A stretch of DNA of 49,401 bases, taken from assembly GCA_003169235.1 (NCBI GenBank), contig PMPX01000131.1, forward strand, positions 4,600-54,000, read 5' to 3'. This DNA is from Acidimicrobiaceae bacterium (GTDB lineage: Bacteria; Actinomycetota; Acidimicrobiia; Acidimicrobiales; RAAP-2). The first letter of the stretch is position 1. Every line of letters begins with the position of its first letter. The notes under the pieces were generated by a model, which was not told the DNA's origin, searched no databases, and was given only the letters and a program-made list of their open reading frames with translations. The position numbers and the translations under genes are program-made. Shown piece after piece: positions 8,900 to 19,782 of this stretch.

Positions 8900-10048
8900 A
8901 TGGCGTTGCAGAGCATTGACGTCGACCAGCATCTGTTCGAGTCGCGAACCACCTGGGCCGATCACATCGATCCCGCCCGGCGTTCGGACGCGCTCTCCAT
9001 CTCGGACGACGATGCGGGGTGGCCCTGGTTGACGTGGCGAAGCCAGCGCCTCACCCCGTTGGAGGTCCCGATCCCGGAACGATCACACCTGATCGGTGAG
9101 GACAGGCTGCGAAGGTTGCGCGGCGAGCGCGCGCCGGCGCCCTTCGAGGAGCTCGTCCCGGAGTCCTACCGCCTCGCCGGCCCGCGCCTGGCGTCGCTCG
9201 ACGAGTTCGGCGTGGACGCTGCGGTCATGTTCCCCAACTACGGCCTCCTGTGGGAGCAACGGCTGGCGTCGGACCGCGGTGCGCAGCGAGCGAACGCGCG
9301 GGCCTACAACCGCTTCATGGCCGACGTCTGTGGTGAAGCTGCCGAGAGGCTCTTCGGTGTGGCGCACGTCCTGCTGCACGACCCCGCCTGGGCCGTGCAG
9401 GAGATCAGGCGGGTGCGGGCCCAGGGCGTCCGCCTGGCCATGATCGCCCCTGCGCCCGTGGACGGGAAGCCGCTGTCGCATCCCGACTTCGACCCGGTCT
9501 GGGCGGCCTTCAGCGCCGAGGGTGTGGCACCGGTCTTCCACGTGTCCGATTTCGAGAGCCCGATCCACCCCGCCTGGCGGCAGGGCGAGCAGGAGGACGG
9601 CGAGCAGCTCTTCGATTCGATCTTCTTGTACCTCGCCCCCGCCGTCGCGCTCGCCAACCTGATCCTGCACGGGGTGCTCGAACGATTCCCCGACCTGCGC
9701 ATCGGCGTCGTCGAGCTGACGGCGAGCTGGGTGCCGAGTTTCCTCCTGCACATCGACGGGGCGTCGGACTTCTACACCCAACGTCACGGCGAGCCCTTCC
9801 GCCGGCTGGCCGAGCGCCCGTCGGACTACTTCCTGCGCCAGGTGCGGGTCGCCGCGTTGCCCTACGAGATGCCGAACCGCCTCGTTCCCAAGGTGGGTGA
9901 CGAGACGTTCATGATCGGCAGCGACTGGCCGCACGCCGAAGGCGTCGCCGACCCCATGGCCGCGGCCCAGCGGGCCGTGGCGGGTCTGGCCGATCCGGCC
10001 CGCCGGAACCTCCTGGGGGCCAATGCCGCATGGCTCCTCGGCCTGTGA
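8900..10048 (+). CDS. amidohydrolase family protein (amidohydrolase_2 / ACMSD-like TIM barrel)
   Basis: The start is the ATG at 8900 (MALQSIDVDQHLFE, an HxH-like metal site). The C-terminal IGSDWPHAEG motif is present. It is divergent from the MFS gene. Confidence 0.8.
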   Translation: MALQSIDVDQHLFESRTTWADHIDPARRSDALSISDDDAGWPWLTWRSQRLTPLEVPIPERSHLIGEDRLRRLRGERAPAPFEELVPESYRLAGPRLASLDEFGVDAAVMFPNYGLLWEQRLASDRGAQRANARAYNRFMADVCGEAAERLFGVAHVLLHDPAWAVQEIRRVRAQGVRLAMIAPAPVDGKPLSHPDFDPVWAAFSAEGVAPVFHVSDFESPIHPAWRQGEQEDGEQLFDSIFLYLAPAVALANLILHGVLERFPDLRIGVVELTASWVPSFLLHIDGASDFYTQRHGEPFRRLAERPSDYFLRQVRVAALPYEMPNRLVPKVGDETFMIGSDWPHAEGVADPMAAAQRAVAGLADPARRNLLGANAAWLLGL

Positions 10049-10539
10049 CCATCGACCTCGAGGCCGCCGCCGCCGAGCGCGAGCGGCTCCGCACGGAGTA
10101 CCTCCGGGAGCCGGCGAGCCGACCGCCGTCCGAGGCTCGCGGCGTGCACCACCTGGCGCTGCTGTGCTCCGACGTGGAGCGCACCATCCGCTTCTACCAG
10201 GAGCTGCTCGGGTTCCCGCTGGTCGAGCTGTTCGAGAACCGGGACTACCAGGGCTCGACGCACCTCTTCTTCGACCTGGGCCATGACAACACGCTGGCGT
10301 TCTTCGACTTCCCGGACCTCGGCCTCGGGCCGTACGCCGAGGTGCTGGGCGGCTTCCACCATCTCGCCATCTCCGTCGAGAAGGCACAGTGGGACGCGGC
10401 CCGCGCCCGGCTCGAGGGGGCCGGGGTCACGACACAGATAGAGAGCGAGATCTCCATGTACTTCGCGGACCCCGATGGCGTGCGGCTCGAGCTCATCGCC
10501 GAGGATCTCGGCTCGCTGTACGGGACCCCTCTGCACTGA
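10030..10539 (+). CDS. VOC family protein (glyoxalase/bleomycin-resistance/dioxygenase fold)
   Basis: GVHHLALLCSDVERTIRFYQELLGFPL and FHHLAISVE are present. An alternative GTG start at 10045 forms GTGA with the upstream stop. Confidence 0.8.
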   Translation: MAPRPVTIDLEAAAAERERLRTEYLREPASRPPSEARGVHHLALLCSDVERTIRFYQELLGFPLVELFENRDYQGSTHLFFDLGHDNTLAFFDFPDLGLGPYAEVLGGFHHLAISVEKAQWDAARARLEGAGVTTQIESEISMYFADPDGVRLELIAEDLGSLYGTPLH

Positions 10540-10922
10540 TGGCGGTCACGGGGCTGGCCAACCTGGCCGTGAAGGTCATCGATCTCGAGGGGGCGTGCGC
10601 CTGGTACAAGGCTGCCGGTGCGAGCGTGACCGAGCCGGTCGAGTGGGAGAACGGACGCCGCGCCGACGTCAAGCTCGGTGTGCTCGACCTGACCCTCTTC
10701 ACGCAGGCGATCTACGAGGATTCCTGCAGTCTGCCGGCGGAGGGGTTCCTGCACCCGGCGCTGTTCGTGGACGACCTCGATGCGGAGCTCGCGCGCCACG
10801 AGGTCCTCTGGGGTCCACGTACGGTGAGCGGCACCTTCGGTACCCGGCGCATCGCCTTCGTCGAGGCCCCCGGCGGCATCCGCCTCGAGTTCATGCAGCA
10901 GGTGGAAGAGCCCGCGGGCTGA
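10539..10922 (+). CDS. VOC family protein
   Basis: It starts at ATG 10539, sharing one nt with the upstream TGA (TGATG). LANLAVKVIDLEGACAWYKAAGA ... GGIRLEFMQ is a glyoxalase-like fold. Confidence 0.7.
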   Translation: MAVTGLANLAVKVIDLEGACAWYKAAGASVTEPVEWENGRRADVKLGVLDLTLFTQAIYEDSCSLPAEGFLHPALFVDDLDAELARHEVLWGPRTVSGTFGTRRIAFVEAPGGIRLEFMQQVEEPAG

Positions 10923-11077
10923 CGTTCCCACCTGCATCACCACCCGGCAAGAGAAGACCACGCGTGGGGCGGCACGTTGTCGTGGGGGGCGTCGTTTGAT
11001 GTCGGTTCCTCCATCCCGTCCGGCGGTGAACCTCGCGTGTGAGGATTTCGCAGACCCGATGCCACAGGAGGACTGCG

Positions 11078-11575
11078 ATGACGACGATCACCGACACGGC
11101 TGCACCGGTCGTACCCAAGCACGGGTACACCAAGGATGGGACCCCCGTCTACGCCCGCACGCACCACTTCGTGAGGACCGACACGGTGGCGCAACGGATC
11201 AACGCCGCCGTGGGCCTCAAGATCACGATCCTCGTCGGCACCATGTGGTGCGCCTACCTCTTCGCCGTCATCGCCTTCGTCAGCCTTCCCTCCACGATCA
11301 AGCAACACAGCGCCACCGTGATCGTGCTGTGGCTGTCGTCCGAGTTCATTCAGCTCGTCCTGCTGCCCATCATCATCGTGGGCCAGAACATCCAGTCGAG
11401 GGCGGCCGATGCGCGGGCGACCAAGACATTCGAGGACGTCGAGGACGCCCGCAGGAAGATCGAGCACGCCATCTCGCTGCTCGACGTCAACACCGAGGGT
11501 GGGCTGCACGACGCCGTCGCCATCATCACCGCGGCCATCAACGCCAAGGCCGCGCCGGGTGGTGCGGCGACCTGA
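11078..11575 (+). CDS. membrane protein, DUF1003-like (tentative)
   Basis: The ATG at 11078 is preceded by AGGAGG. There are two TM spans, then LLPIIIVGQNIQSRAADARATKTFEDVEDARRKIEH, which resembles the DUF1003 MSQNRQ region. I assigned the family by eye only. Confidence 0.5.
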   Translation: MTTITDTAAPVVPKHGYTKDGTPVYARTHHFVRTDTVAQRINAAVGLKITILVGTMWCAYLFAVIAFVSLPSTIKQHSATVIVLWLSSEFIQLVLLPIIIVGQNIQSRAADARATKTFEDVEDARRKIEHAISLLDVNTEGGLHDAVAIITAAINAKAAPGGAAT

Positions 11576-11594
11576 CGACCGGGCCGAGACTTGG

Positions 11595-11800
11595 TCAGGC
11601 CTCGTCGAGCTCGAGGCGGAGGGCAGGGTCCTCGCTGGCGACCGACGCGAGAGCGCGAACCTCGCGCCGGGACGGCAGTGTCGCCATGGCAACCGCTGCC
11701 GTGGCGACCAGCAATCCGGCCGCGATGGAGAAGGCCAGTGAGTACCCGTCGGTGAGGGCCGCCGCATGCGTCACGCCGCCGTGATGGCCCGCCAGCGCTC
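11595..11800 (-). pseudogene. C-terminal remnant of an MFS-type transporter (fragment)
   Basis: The tail of ORF 11595..11963 reads ...THAAALTDGYSLAFSIAAGLLVATAAVAMATLPSRRE, like the last TM helix of DHA-type MFS pumps. There is no upstream TM body or plausible start. Confidence 0.35.
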
Positions 11801-11899
11801 GACGCGCTATTCCCACCGTGAGGGTGGGACACGTCCGCGTCCGGCGGGAATCGGACATGGGATGGCTCGACGAGGGAAGACCCGGTCTACCGAGTCGGT

Positions 11900-12328
11900 G
11901 TGACAGGCTCTGCTGCCATGCCCGAGCCACCCGTGGAGCTGCGCCGGCCGGAGGCCCTTGCACCCGGCGTTCCCTACGCGTACGCCGCCACCACGGCGGG
12001 CCGCCCTCTCCTGGTCTTCACGGCCGGCGCGTGTCCGCTCGACGGGTCGGGAACGATCGTCGCGCCCGGTGACGTGGTAGCCCAGGCCGAACAGGTCATG
12101 GCCAATCTCCACGCCGCCCTGCACGCGGCCGGGGCGAAGCTCGACGACGTCGTCAAAGTCACCGTCTATGTGGCCAGCGATGAACGGACGGAGCTCGTGG
12201 CCGCCTGGGGCGTGGTGCGCCGGCACTTCGACGAGCACGATCCACCCTCCACGCTGCTCGGGGTCACCGCTCTCGGCTACCCCGACCAGCTGGTCGAGGT
12301 CGAAGCCATCGCCGCGCTGGGCGGCTGA
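11900..12328 (+). CDS. RidA family protein (YjgF/endoribonuclease L-PSP fold)
   Basis: LVFTAGACPLDGSGTIVAPGDVVAQAEQVMANLHAALHAAGAKLDDVVKVTVYV and the C-terminal LVEVEAIA are present. The start is GTG 11900 or ATG 11918. Confidence 0.85.
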   Translation: MTGSAAMPEPPVELRRPEALAPGVPYAYAATTAGRPLLVFTAGACPLDGSGTIVAPGDVVAQAEQVMANLHAALHAAGAKLDDVVKVTVYVASDERTELVAAWGVVRRHFDEHDPPSTLLGVTALGYPDQLVEVEAIAALGG

Positions 12329-12441
12329 GCCGAGAAGGAGACGAGAAATTCCGGGCGGTGTGTCGAATTCGGCCGGTGCCGTTCGTACAGGAGGTGACCG
12401 CCGGCGGCGGGCGGGGGTCGACGAGTGACGGAGGCAGTGTC

Positions 12442-13044
12442 ATGGGAAGGATCGTGGTCAGCGAGTTCGTGTCGTTGGACGGGGTGATGGAGGACCCGGG
12501 GGGCGCAGAGGGCACGAAGCACGCGGGCTGGACGTTCCGCTTCGAGCGGGGTCCCGAGGGCGACCGGTACAAGCTCGACGAGGTGCTGGACGCGGAGGCG
12601 CTGCTCCTCGGACGGGTGACCTACGAAGGCTTCGCGCGGGCCTGGCCGGCCATGGAGGACCCGGTGGGCTTCGCCGACAAGATGAACACGATGCCCAAGT
12701 ACGTGGTCTCCTCCACCTTGCACGACGAGGACGCCACCTGGAGCAACTCCACGGTCGTGCGGGGCGACACGGTGCACGAGATCCGCGCGCTGAAGCAGCG
12801 CGTGGAAGGCGACCTCCTCGTCGCGGGCAGTGCGTTGCTCACGCAGGCGCTCCTCGAGAACGGTCTCGTGGACGAGCTCCGGCTGATGGTCTTTCCGGTC
12901 GTCCTGGGAAGCGGCAAGCGGCTGTTCGGCGACGTGTCGGCGCCGCTCACCCTGTCCCTCTACGCCGTGATGAATGTCGGGGAGGGCATTGTGATCTTGA
13001 CCTACCGCTCGGCTGGGACCACGGCCGAGGTGGGCGGGGCCTAG
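12442..13044 (+). CDS. dihydrofolate reductase family protein (RibD C-terminal domain)
   Basis: It starts at ATG 12442 (MGRIVVSEFVSLDGVMEDPGG). DELRLMVFPVVLGSGKRLF is present. Confidence 0.8.
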   Translation: MGRIVVSEFVSLDGVMEDPGGAEGTKHAGWTFRFERGPEGDRYKLDEVLDAEALLLGRVTYEGFARAWPAMEDPVGFADKMNTMPKYVVSSTLHDEDATWSNSTVVRGDTVHEIRALKQRVEGDLLVAGSALLTQALLENGLVDELRLMVFPVVLGSGKRLFGDVSAPLTLSLYAVMNVGEGIVILTYRSAGTTAEVGGA

Positions 13045-13103
13045 CCCGGGCAGCTCCGGGATCGAGAAGCAGACCACACGACGACAAAGAAGGGGAGAAA
13101 CCC

Positions 13104-13460
13104 ATGACGCAGTACCTCTTGAGCGTGGCGATGACCGATGGGGCGCCACCGCGCCCCCCGGGGGAGATGCAGGCGGCCTACGAGCAGGTCGACCGGTTCA
13201 ACAGCGAGTTGCAGTCGACCGGGAGCTGGGTCTTCGCCGGCGGCCTCATGCCGGCGTCGTCAGCGACGGTCGTCCGGGCCGACGGGGACGAGATCCTCGT
13301 GACGGACGGCCCGTTCACCGAGTCCAAGGAGCACATCGGCGGGTTCTGGGTCATTGAGGCGCCCGATCTCGATGCGGCCCTCGCCTGGGCGAGCAAGGCC
13401 ACGCGGGCCTGCATGCAGCCGGTCGAGGTGCGGCCGTTCCAGGAGAACCCGGAGACCTGA
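13104..13460 (+). CDS. YciI family protein
   Basis: The protein is 118 aa. [29 protein letters not shown] is the typical YCII motif. Its stop overlaps the sigma-factor ATG (TGATG). Confidence 0.85.
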   Translation: MTQYLLSVAMTDGAPPRPPGEMQAAYEQVDRFNSELQSTGSWVFAGGLMPASSATVVRADGDEILVTDGPFTESKEHIGGFWVIEAPDLDAALAWASKATRACMQPVEVRPFQENPET

Positions 13461-14704
13461 TGCCGGGAGGGCCCGGCGGGGAGCGCGTGGTCGACATCGA
13501 GCGGATCTTCCGGGAGGAGTACGGTCGAGCCGTCTCGGTCCTGATCCGGGCGTTCGGCGACATCGACCTGGCCGAGGAGGGGGTCCAGGACGCATTCACC
13601 ATCGCGGCGACGCGGTGGCCCGAATCCGGCCTGCCGCCCAGTCCGGCCGGGTGGATCATCACCACGGCACGCAACCGGATCCTCGACCGCCTGCGGCGCG
13701 AAGCCTGCCGCGCCGATCGCCAGGCGCAGGCCGCCCTTCTCCACCAGCGCGACGCACGCGATGAGGAGCTGACCGTGCACGATGACCGCCTTCGGCTGAT
13801 GTTCACCTGTTGCCATCCGGCGCTGGCCCCCGAGGCCCGGGTCGCCCTGACGCTCCGGCTGCTCGGAGGCCTCTCGACGGCCGAGATCGCCCGCGCCTTC
13901 GTCGTGCCCGAGTCGACCATGGCCCAGCGCCTCGTGCGGTCCAAGGCGAAGATCCGTGATGCCGGGATTCCCTACCGGGTCCCGAGCAGCGCCGAGCTGC
14001 CGGACCGGCTCCGCTCCGTGCTGGCCGTGATCTACCTCGTGTTCAACGAGGGCTACGCCGCCACGTCAGGCGACCAGCTCGGGCGCGAGGACCTCGGCGC
14101 GGAGGCGATTCGCCTCGGCGAGCTCCTCGCCGCACTGATGCCGGACGAGCCCGAGGTCCTGGGATTGCTGGCGCTCATGGTGTTGATTGCCGCCCGCCGC
14201 CCGGCGCGCTCGGGCGCTGACGGCGCGCTTGTCCCGCTGCCCGAGCAGGACCGCACGCTGTGGGATCCGCGGCTGATCACCAGGGGCCAGGAGCTCGTGC
14301 GGGCCTCTCTCCGGCGGAACATCCCGGGCCGCTACCAGCTGCAGGCCGCCATCAACGCGGTCCACAGCGACGCGGTCAGCGCGGCGGACACGGACTGGTC
14401 CCAGATCCTGGCCCTCTACGACCAGCTGCTCGCCCTGGAGCCGTCCCCGGTCGTCGCCCTCAACCGCGCGGTCGCCGTCGCCGAGGTCCGGGGCGCCGAG
14501 GCCGGCCTGACGGCCCTCGACGGGCTGCCGCTCGAGGCGTACTACCTTCTCCACGCCGTGCGGGCCGATTTCCTACACCGCCTGGGCCGGTGCACCGAGG
14601 CGGTCGCCGAGTACGACGTGGCTCGCGCCCTGACGGCCAACGAGGCCGAGCAGGCCCTTCTGGCGCGTGCCCGGAATGCTGCGGCCGGGTCGCCCGGTCG
14701 ATGA
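13460..14704 (+). CDS. ECF-type RNA polymerase sigma factor with long C-terminal extension
   Basis: Region 2 is [41 protein letters not shown] and region 4 is [26 protein letters not shown] roughly 230-aa helical extension follows. The pairing with a YciI gene is a common arrangement. Confidence 0.85.
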   Translation: MPGGPGGERVVDIERIFREEYGRAVSVLIRAFGDIDLAEEGVQDAFTIAATRWPESGLPPSPAGWIITTARNRILDRLRREACRADRQAQAALLHQRDARDEELTVHDDRLRLMFTCCHPALAPEARVALTLRLLGGLSTAEIARAFVVPESTMAQRLVRSKAKIRDAGIPYRVPSSAELPDRLRSVLAVIYLVFNEGYAATSGDQLGREDLGAEAIRLGELLAALMPDEPEVLGLLALMVLIAARRPARSGADGALVPLPEQDRTLWDPRLITRGQELVRASLRRNIPGRYQLQAAINAVHSDAVSAADTDWSQILALYDQLLALEPSPVVALNRAVAVAEVRGAEAGLTALDGLPLEAYYLLHAVRADFLHRLGRCTEAVAEYDVARALTANEAEQALLARARNAAAGSPGR

Positions 14705-14879
14705 CCGAGTAGGGGCGCCACCAGGTGGCCCGTCACACTCGAGGCCCAGCGCACCGTCGGGCCACGCATGAAGCTGTACCTTGCTGGCCCGGCTGTCGAT
14801 GAGCCCCTGGTGCACGCGTGTCAGGATCATCGTCGAGCCTGACTGAGTCGGTGGCTGCGGTCCTGAGGGAAGAGCGAGA

Positions 14880-16679
<1,800 letters not shown>

Positions 16680-16731
16680 TCCGCCCTTCCCGCCTTGAAC
16701 CCCAAAATCCCTGGTGTGAGATGCTTTCCGT

Positions 16732-17607
16732 GTGAAGGTGCACCTCGTCGACGGGACCTACGAGTTGTTCCGCCACTTCTACGGCGCCCCGTCCCATCGC
16801 AACGACGCGGGGCGGGAGGTGGCGGCCGTCAGAGGGGTGGTCAGCTCGGTGCTCCAGTTGCTGGGCGAGGGCGCCACCCACGTGGGCGTCGCCACGGACC
16901 ACGTGATCGAGTCGTTTCGCAACGAGCTGTGGCCGGGCTACAAGACCGGCGAAGGGGTCGATCCTGAGCTGTGGTCCCAGGCCTGGCCGCTGGAAGAGTC
17001 CCTGACGGCCCTGGGGGTGCTCGTGTGGCCGATGGTAGCGGTCGAGGCCGACGACGCACTTGCGAGCGCGGCGGCCGTCGCCGCTGACGACACCGGCGTC
17101 GAGCAGGTCATCATCTGCACGCCGGACAAGGACCTCGGGCAGTGCGTCCAAGGATCACGCGTGGTCCAGCTCGACCGGCGCAAGAACCTGTTGATCGACG
17201 AGGGCGGCATCGTCGCCAAGTTCGGCGTCGCACCCGACTCCATCCCCGACTATCTGGCCCTCGTCGGCGACAGCGCCGACGGGTTCCCCGGATTGGCCGG
17301 CTGGGGCGCAAAATCCGCCGCCACCGTCCTCGCCCGCTGGGGTCATCTCGAGGCCATCCCTCCCGACCCGGCCGACTGGGAGGTCACGGTGCGGGGCGCC
17401 GCCAAGCTGGCTGTGACGCTGCAGGACCGCCACGAGGACGCCGTGCTGTTCAAGGAGCTGGCCACGCTGCGGGTCGATCGCTCCCTCCTCGGTGGGGTCG
17501 AGGACCTCCGGTGGCGGGGGCCCACGGGTGACTTCGCCCGCGTCTGCGCCGATCTCGACGCTTCCGGCCTGAGCCGCCGGGCGGAGGCGCTCGCAGCGGC
17601 GCGCTGA
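16732..17607 (+). CDS. 5'-3' exonuclease (FEN / PIN-like plus H3TH)
   Basis: VHLVDGTYELFRHFY, CTPDKDLGQ and IPDYLALVGDSADGFPGLAGWGAKSA (H3TH) are present. The start is GTG. Confidence 0.85.
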   Translation: MKVHLVDGTYELFRHFYGAPSHRNDAGREVAAVRGVVSSVLQLLGEGATHVGVATDHVIESFRNELWPGYKTGEGVDPELWSQAWPLEESLTALGVLVWPMVAVEADDALASAAAVAADDTGVEQVIICTPDKDLGQCVQGSRVVQLDRRKNLLIDEGGIVAKFGVAPDSIPDYLALVGDSADGFPGLAGWGAKSAATVLARWGHLEAIPPDPADWEVTVRGAAKLAVTLQDRHEDAVLFKELATLRVDRSLLGGVEDLRWRGPTGDFARVCADLDASGLSRRAEALAAAR

Positions 17608-17775
17608 GACGTGGTCGGGCCCGTCGCACCCGACCACGCAGGCGTAGACTCCCGAAACGGCAAAGACACCCGCCCCAACGGCCAGTGGTCGTCGTGCGTT
17701 CGCACACCGGCTCCCCGCAGAGCGCGGGAGCCGGGTGGTGCCAGACGTCGCTCCGGCCCCTGCGAAGACGGCCTC

Positions 17776-19038
17776 GTGACGACGAGCTGGCGGGTCCTCT
17801 CGCTCGACCACCGCGATCCTCTCGCCCCGATGGAGGAGATCGTGCGCCTGATCGATCTCGCCGGGACGTCCATGGCGGCCGCCTACAGCCGCAGCGATGT
17901 GGTCGAGGCGCTCAACGAGCAGCAGCCCGCCGCGGTGGCGCTCGCCTCGGGCCAGCTGGTCGGCGTGGCCGTCGCCCGCGTGGCCGGCCGGGACGCCCAC
18001 CTGCTCGCTCTGGCGCTGCACCCGCAGTGGAGGAACCGGGGCATCGGCTCTGCCCTGCTGCGCGAGCTCGACCAGGAGGTCATCCATCACGGTGCACACC
18101 GCGTGCTGGCGCTCGTGGAGCCCGGGCAGGTCGGCGAGGTCGCCTTCTCGCACCAGGGGTTCGAGCGCGTCGACGGGTTGCACCTCTTCGTCCGCGCCGC
18201 TTCCATGGTCCCCGAGGAGCTGGCCATCGTGGAGCGCTACGGCGGTCACTTCCCGGCGTCGGGGCTGTGGGAGGACATGAAGGGCTTCTCGTCGACGAAG
18301 GTGCTCCTGAATCGACGCATCGTTGCCCCGCTGTCGCACTCGGAGCTGGCTGAGCGCATCGGGTTGCGGGCGCCGGCCGCCGTCATGCTGTTCGGTCCCC
18401 CGGGCACCGGAAAGACGTCCTTCGCACGTGCGATCGCGTCGAGGCTCTCCTGGGCCTTCGTGGAGCTGCATCCCTCCCTGCTGGGTCACGGGACGGAGGC
18501 CGCTGCGTCACTCCGGGGCGCGTTGACCGACCTGGGTCATGTCGACCGGCTGGTCTGCTTCATCGACGAGGCGGATGAGATCGCGTCGGCCCGGGACGCG
18601 CGGCCCGAGAGCCAACCCATCGTGAACGAGCTGCTCAAGGCCATCCCGATCTTCAAGTCGCGTCCCGGTCGTCTCATGGTCATGGCGACGAATTCGATCG
18701 CGGCCATCGACCAGGCTCTGCTCCGTCCCGGACGGTTCGACCTGATCGTCCCGGTGGGAGCGCCCGATCGCGAGGGGCGCAAGGAGCTGGCGGGGGAGTT
18801 CCTGGGGTCATGTGACCCCGCCGACATGGCGGAGCGCACCGAGGGCTTCACACCGGCCGACTTCGCGTTGGCCGAACAGCGCGCCGCCCAACTCGCCTTC
18901 GAGCGGGCGCTCGGTGGAGGCGACGCCACGGTCACCTCCACCGACTGTCTCGATGCCGTGGCCCGCACCAAGCCCTCGGTCAACAAGGAAGCCGCAGCGG
19001 CGTTCGACGACGAGGCCGCCACCTTCGCCCGGCTCTGA
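17776..19038 (+). CDS. GNAT acetyltransferase domain fused to a classic-clade AAA+ ATPase
   Basis: The N-terminal half has GNAT motif A, HPQWRNRGIGSALLREL. The C-terminal half has Walker A LFGPPGTGKT, Walker B CFIDEADEI, sensor-1 MATN and RPGRFD. I took the GTG at 17776 because the ORF leader from 17611 is not protein-like. Confidence 0.75.
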   Translation: MTTSWRVLSLDHRDPLAPMEEIVRLIDLAGTSMAAAYSRSDVVEALNEQQPAAVALASGQLVGVAVARVAGRDAHLLALALHPQWRNRGIGSALLRELDQEVIHHGAHRVLALVEPGQVGEVAFSHQGFERVDGLHLFVRAASMVPEELAIVERYGGHFPASGLWEDMKGFSSTKVLLNRRIVAPLSHSELAERIGLRAPAAVMLFGPPGTGKTSFARAIASRLSWAFVELHPSLLGHGTEAAASLRGALTDLGHVDRLVCFIDEADEIASARDARPESQPIVNELLKAIPIFKSRPGRLMVMATNSIAAIDQALLRPGRFDLIVPVGAPDREGRKELAGEFLGSCDPADMAERTEGFTPADFALAEQRAAQLAFERALGGGDATVTSTDCLDAVARTKPSVNKEAAAAFDDEAATFARL

Positions 19039-19053
19039 GCGCGGGCCGGCCGC

Positions 19054-19782
19054 CTACCCGCCGAGGTAGCTGGCCGACACGGCCTCTTCCATCTCCGCCG
19101 GCGAGCCCCGGTGGGCGATCACGCCCTGCAGCACCACGGCCGCGAAGTCGGCGATGGGGAGTGCGGTGCGGGCGAACTGCTCCACCAGGAGGATCGACAG
19201 TCCCCCCGCCGCGAGCTCACGGACCTTGTCGTAGAGCTGCGTCACCACAATGGGAGCCAGTCCCATGGACAGCTCGTCGAGCAGCAGCAGCTTCGGGCTG
19301 GTGGCGAAGGCCCGGGCCAGCGCGAGCATCTGCTGCTCACCGCCCGACAGCGTCCCGGCCAGCTGCTTGCGTCGCACGGCGAGCTGGGGGAACTGCGTGA
19401 AGGCCACGTCCTCTATCCAGTCCATCGGCACCCCGACCTGTGTGGCCATCAGGAGGTTCTCCCGCACGCTCAGGTTGGGGAACACGCCCCGGCCCTCGGG
19501 CACGGTGCAGATTCCCCGGCGGGCCCGTCCGTCCGCGGAGATGCTGGTGACCGGGTTGCCCTCGAAGCGCACCTCGCCGCCGCTCGGGGCGAGCGTGCCG
19601 GCGCAGACGTTGAGCAGGGTGGTCTTGCCGCCGCCGTTGGGCCCGAGGAGGGCGACCACCGATCCGGTCGGGACCTCGAGGCTCACGCCGTGCACGACCT
19701 CGATCGAGCCGTAGCCGGCTCGGATCTCGCGGAGCTCGAGGATCGGCGGGACCGTCCCGGGCTCCGGCGCGGACGCGCTCAC
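19054..19782 (-). CDS. branched-chain-amino-acid-type ABC transporter ATP-binding protein (LivF-like)
   Basis: Walker A is GPNGGGKTT, the signature is LSGGEQQMLALARA, and Walker B is LLLLDELS. The GTG start overlaps the upstream stop (GTGA). Confidence 0.9.
   Translation of the reverse strand: MSASAPEPGTVPPILELREIRAGYGSIEVVHGVSLEVPTGSVVALLGPNGGGKTTLLNVCAGTLAPSGGEVRFEGNPVTSISADGRARRGICTVPEGRGVFPNLSVRENLLMATQVGVPMDWIEDVAFTQFPQLAVRRKQLAGTLSGGEQQMLALARAFATSPKLLLLDELSMGLAPIVVTQLYDKVRELAAGGLSILLVEQFARTALPIADFAAVVLQGVIAHRGSPAEMEEAVSASYLGG

Noticed and set aside
14705-14879. The GCCACC-a-GGTGGC palindrome (about 14714-14726) after the sigma-factor gene, as a terminator or operator
   Set aside because: A one-nucleotide loop cannot form a stable RNA hairpin. 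A single 6-bp palindrome in GC-rich DNA is expected by chance, and there is no supporting U-tract or second copy.
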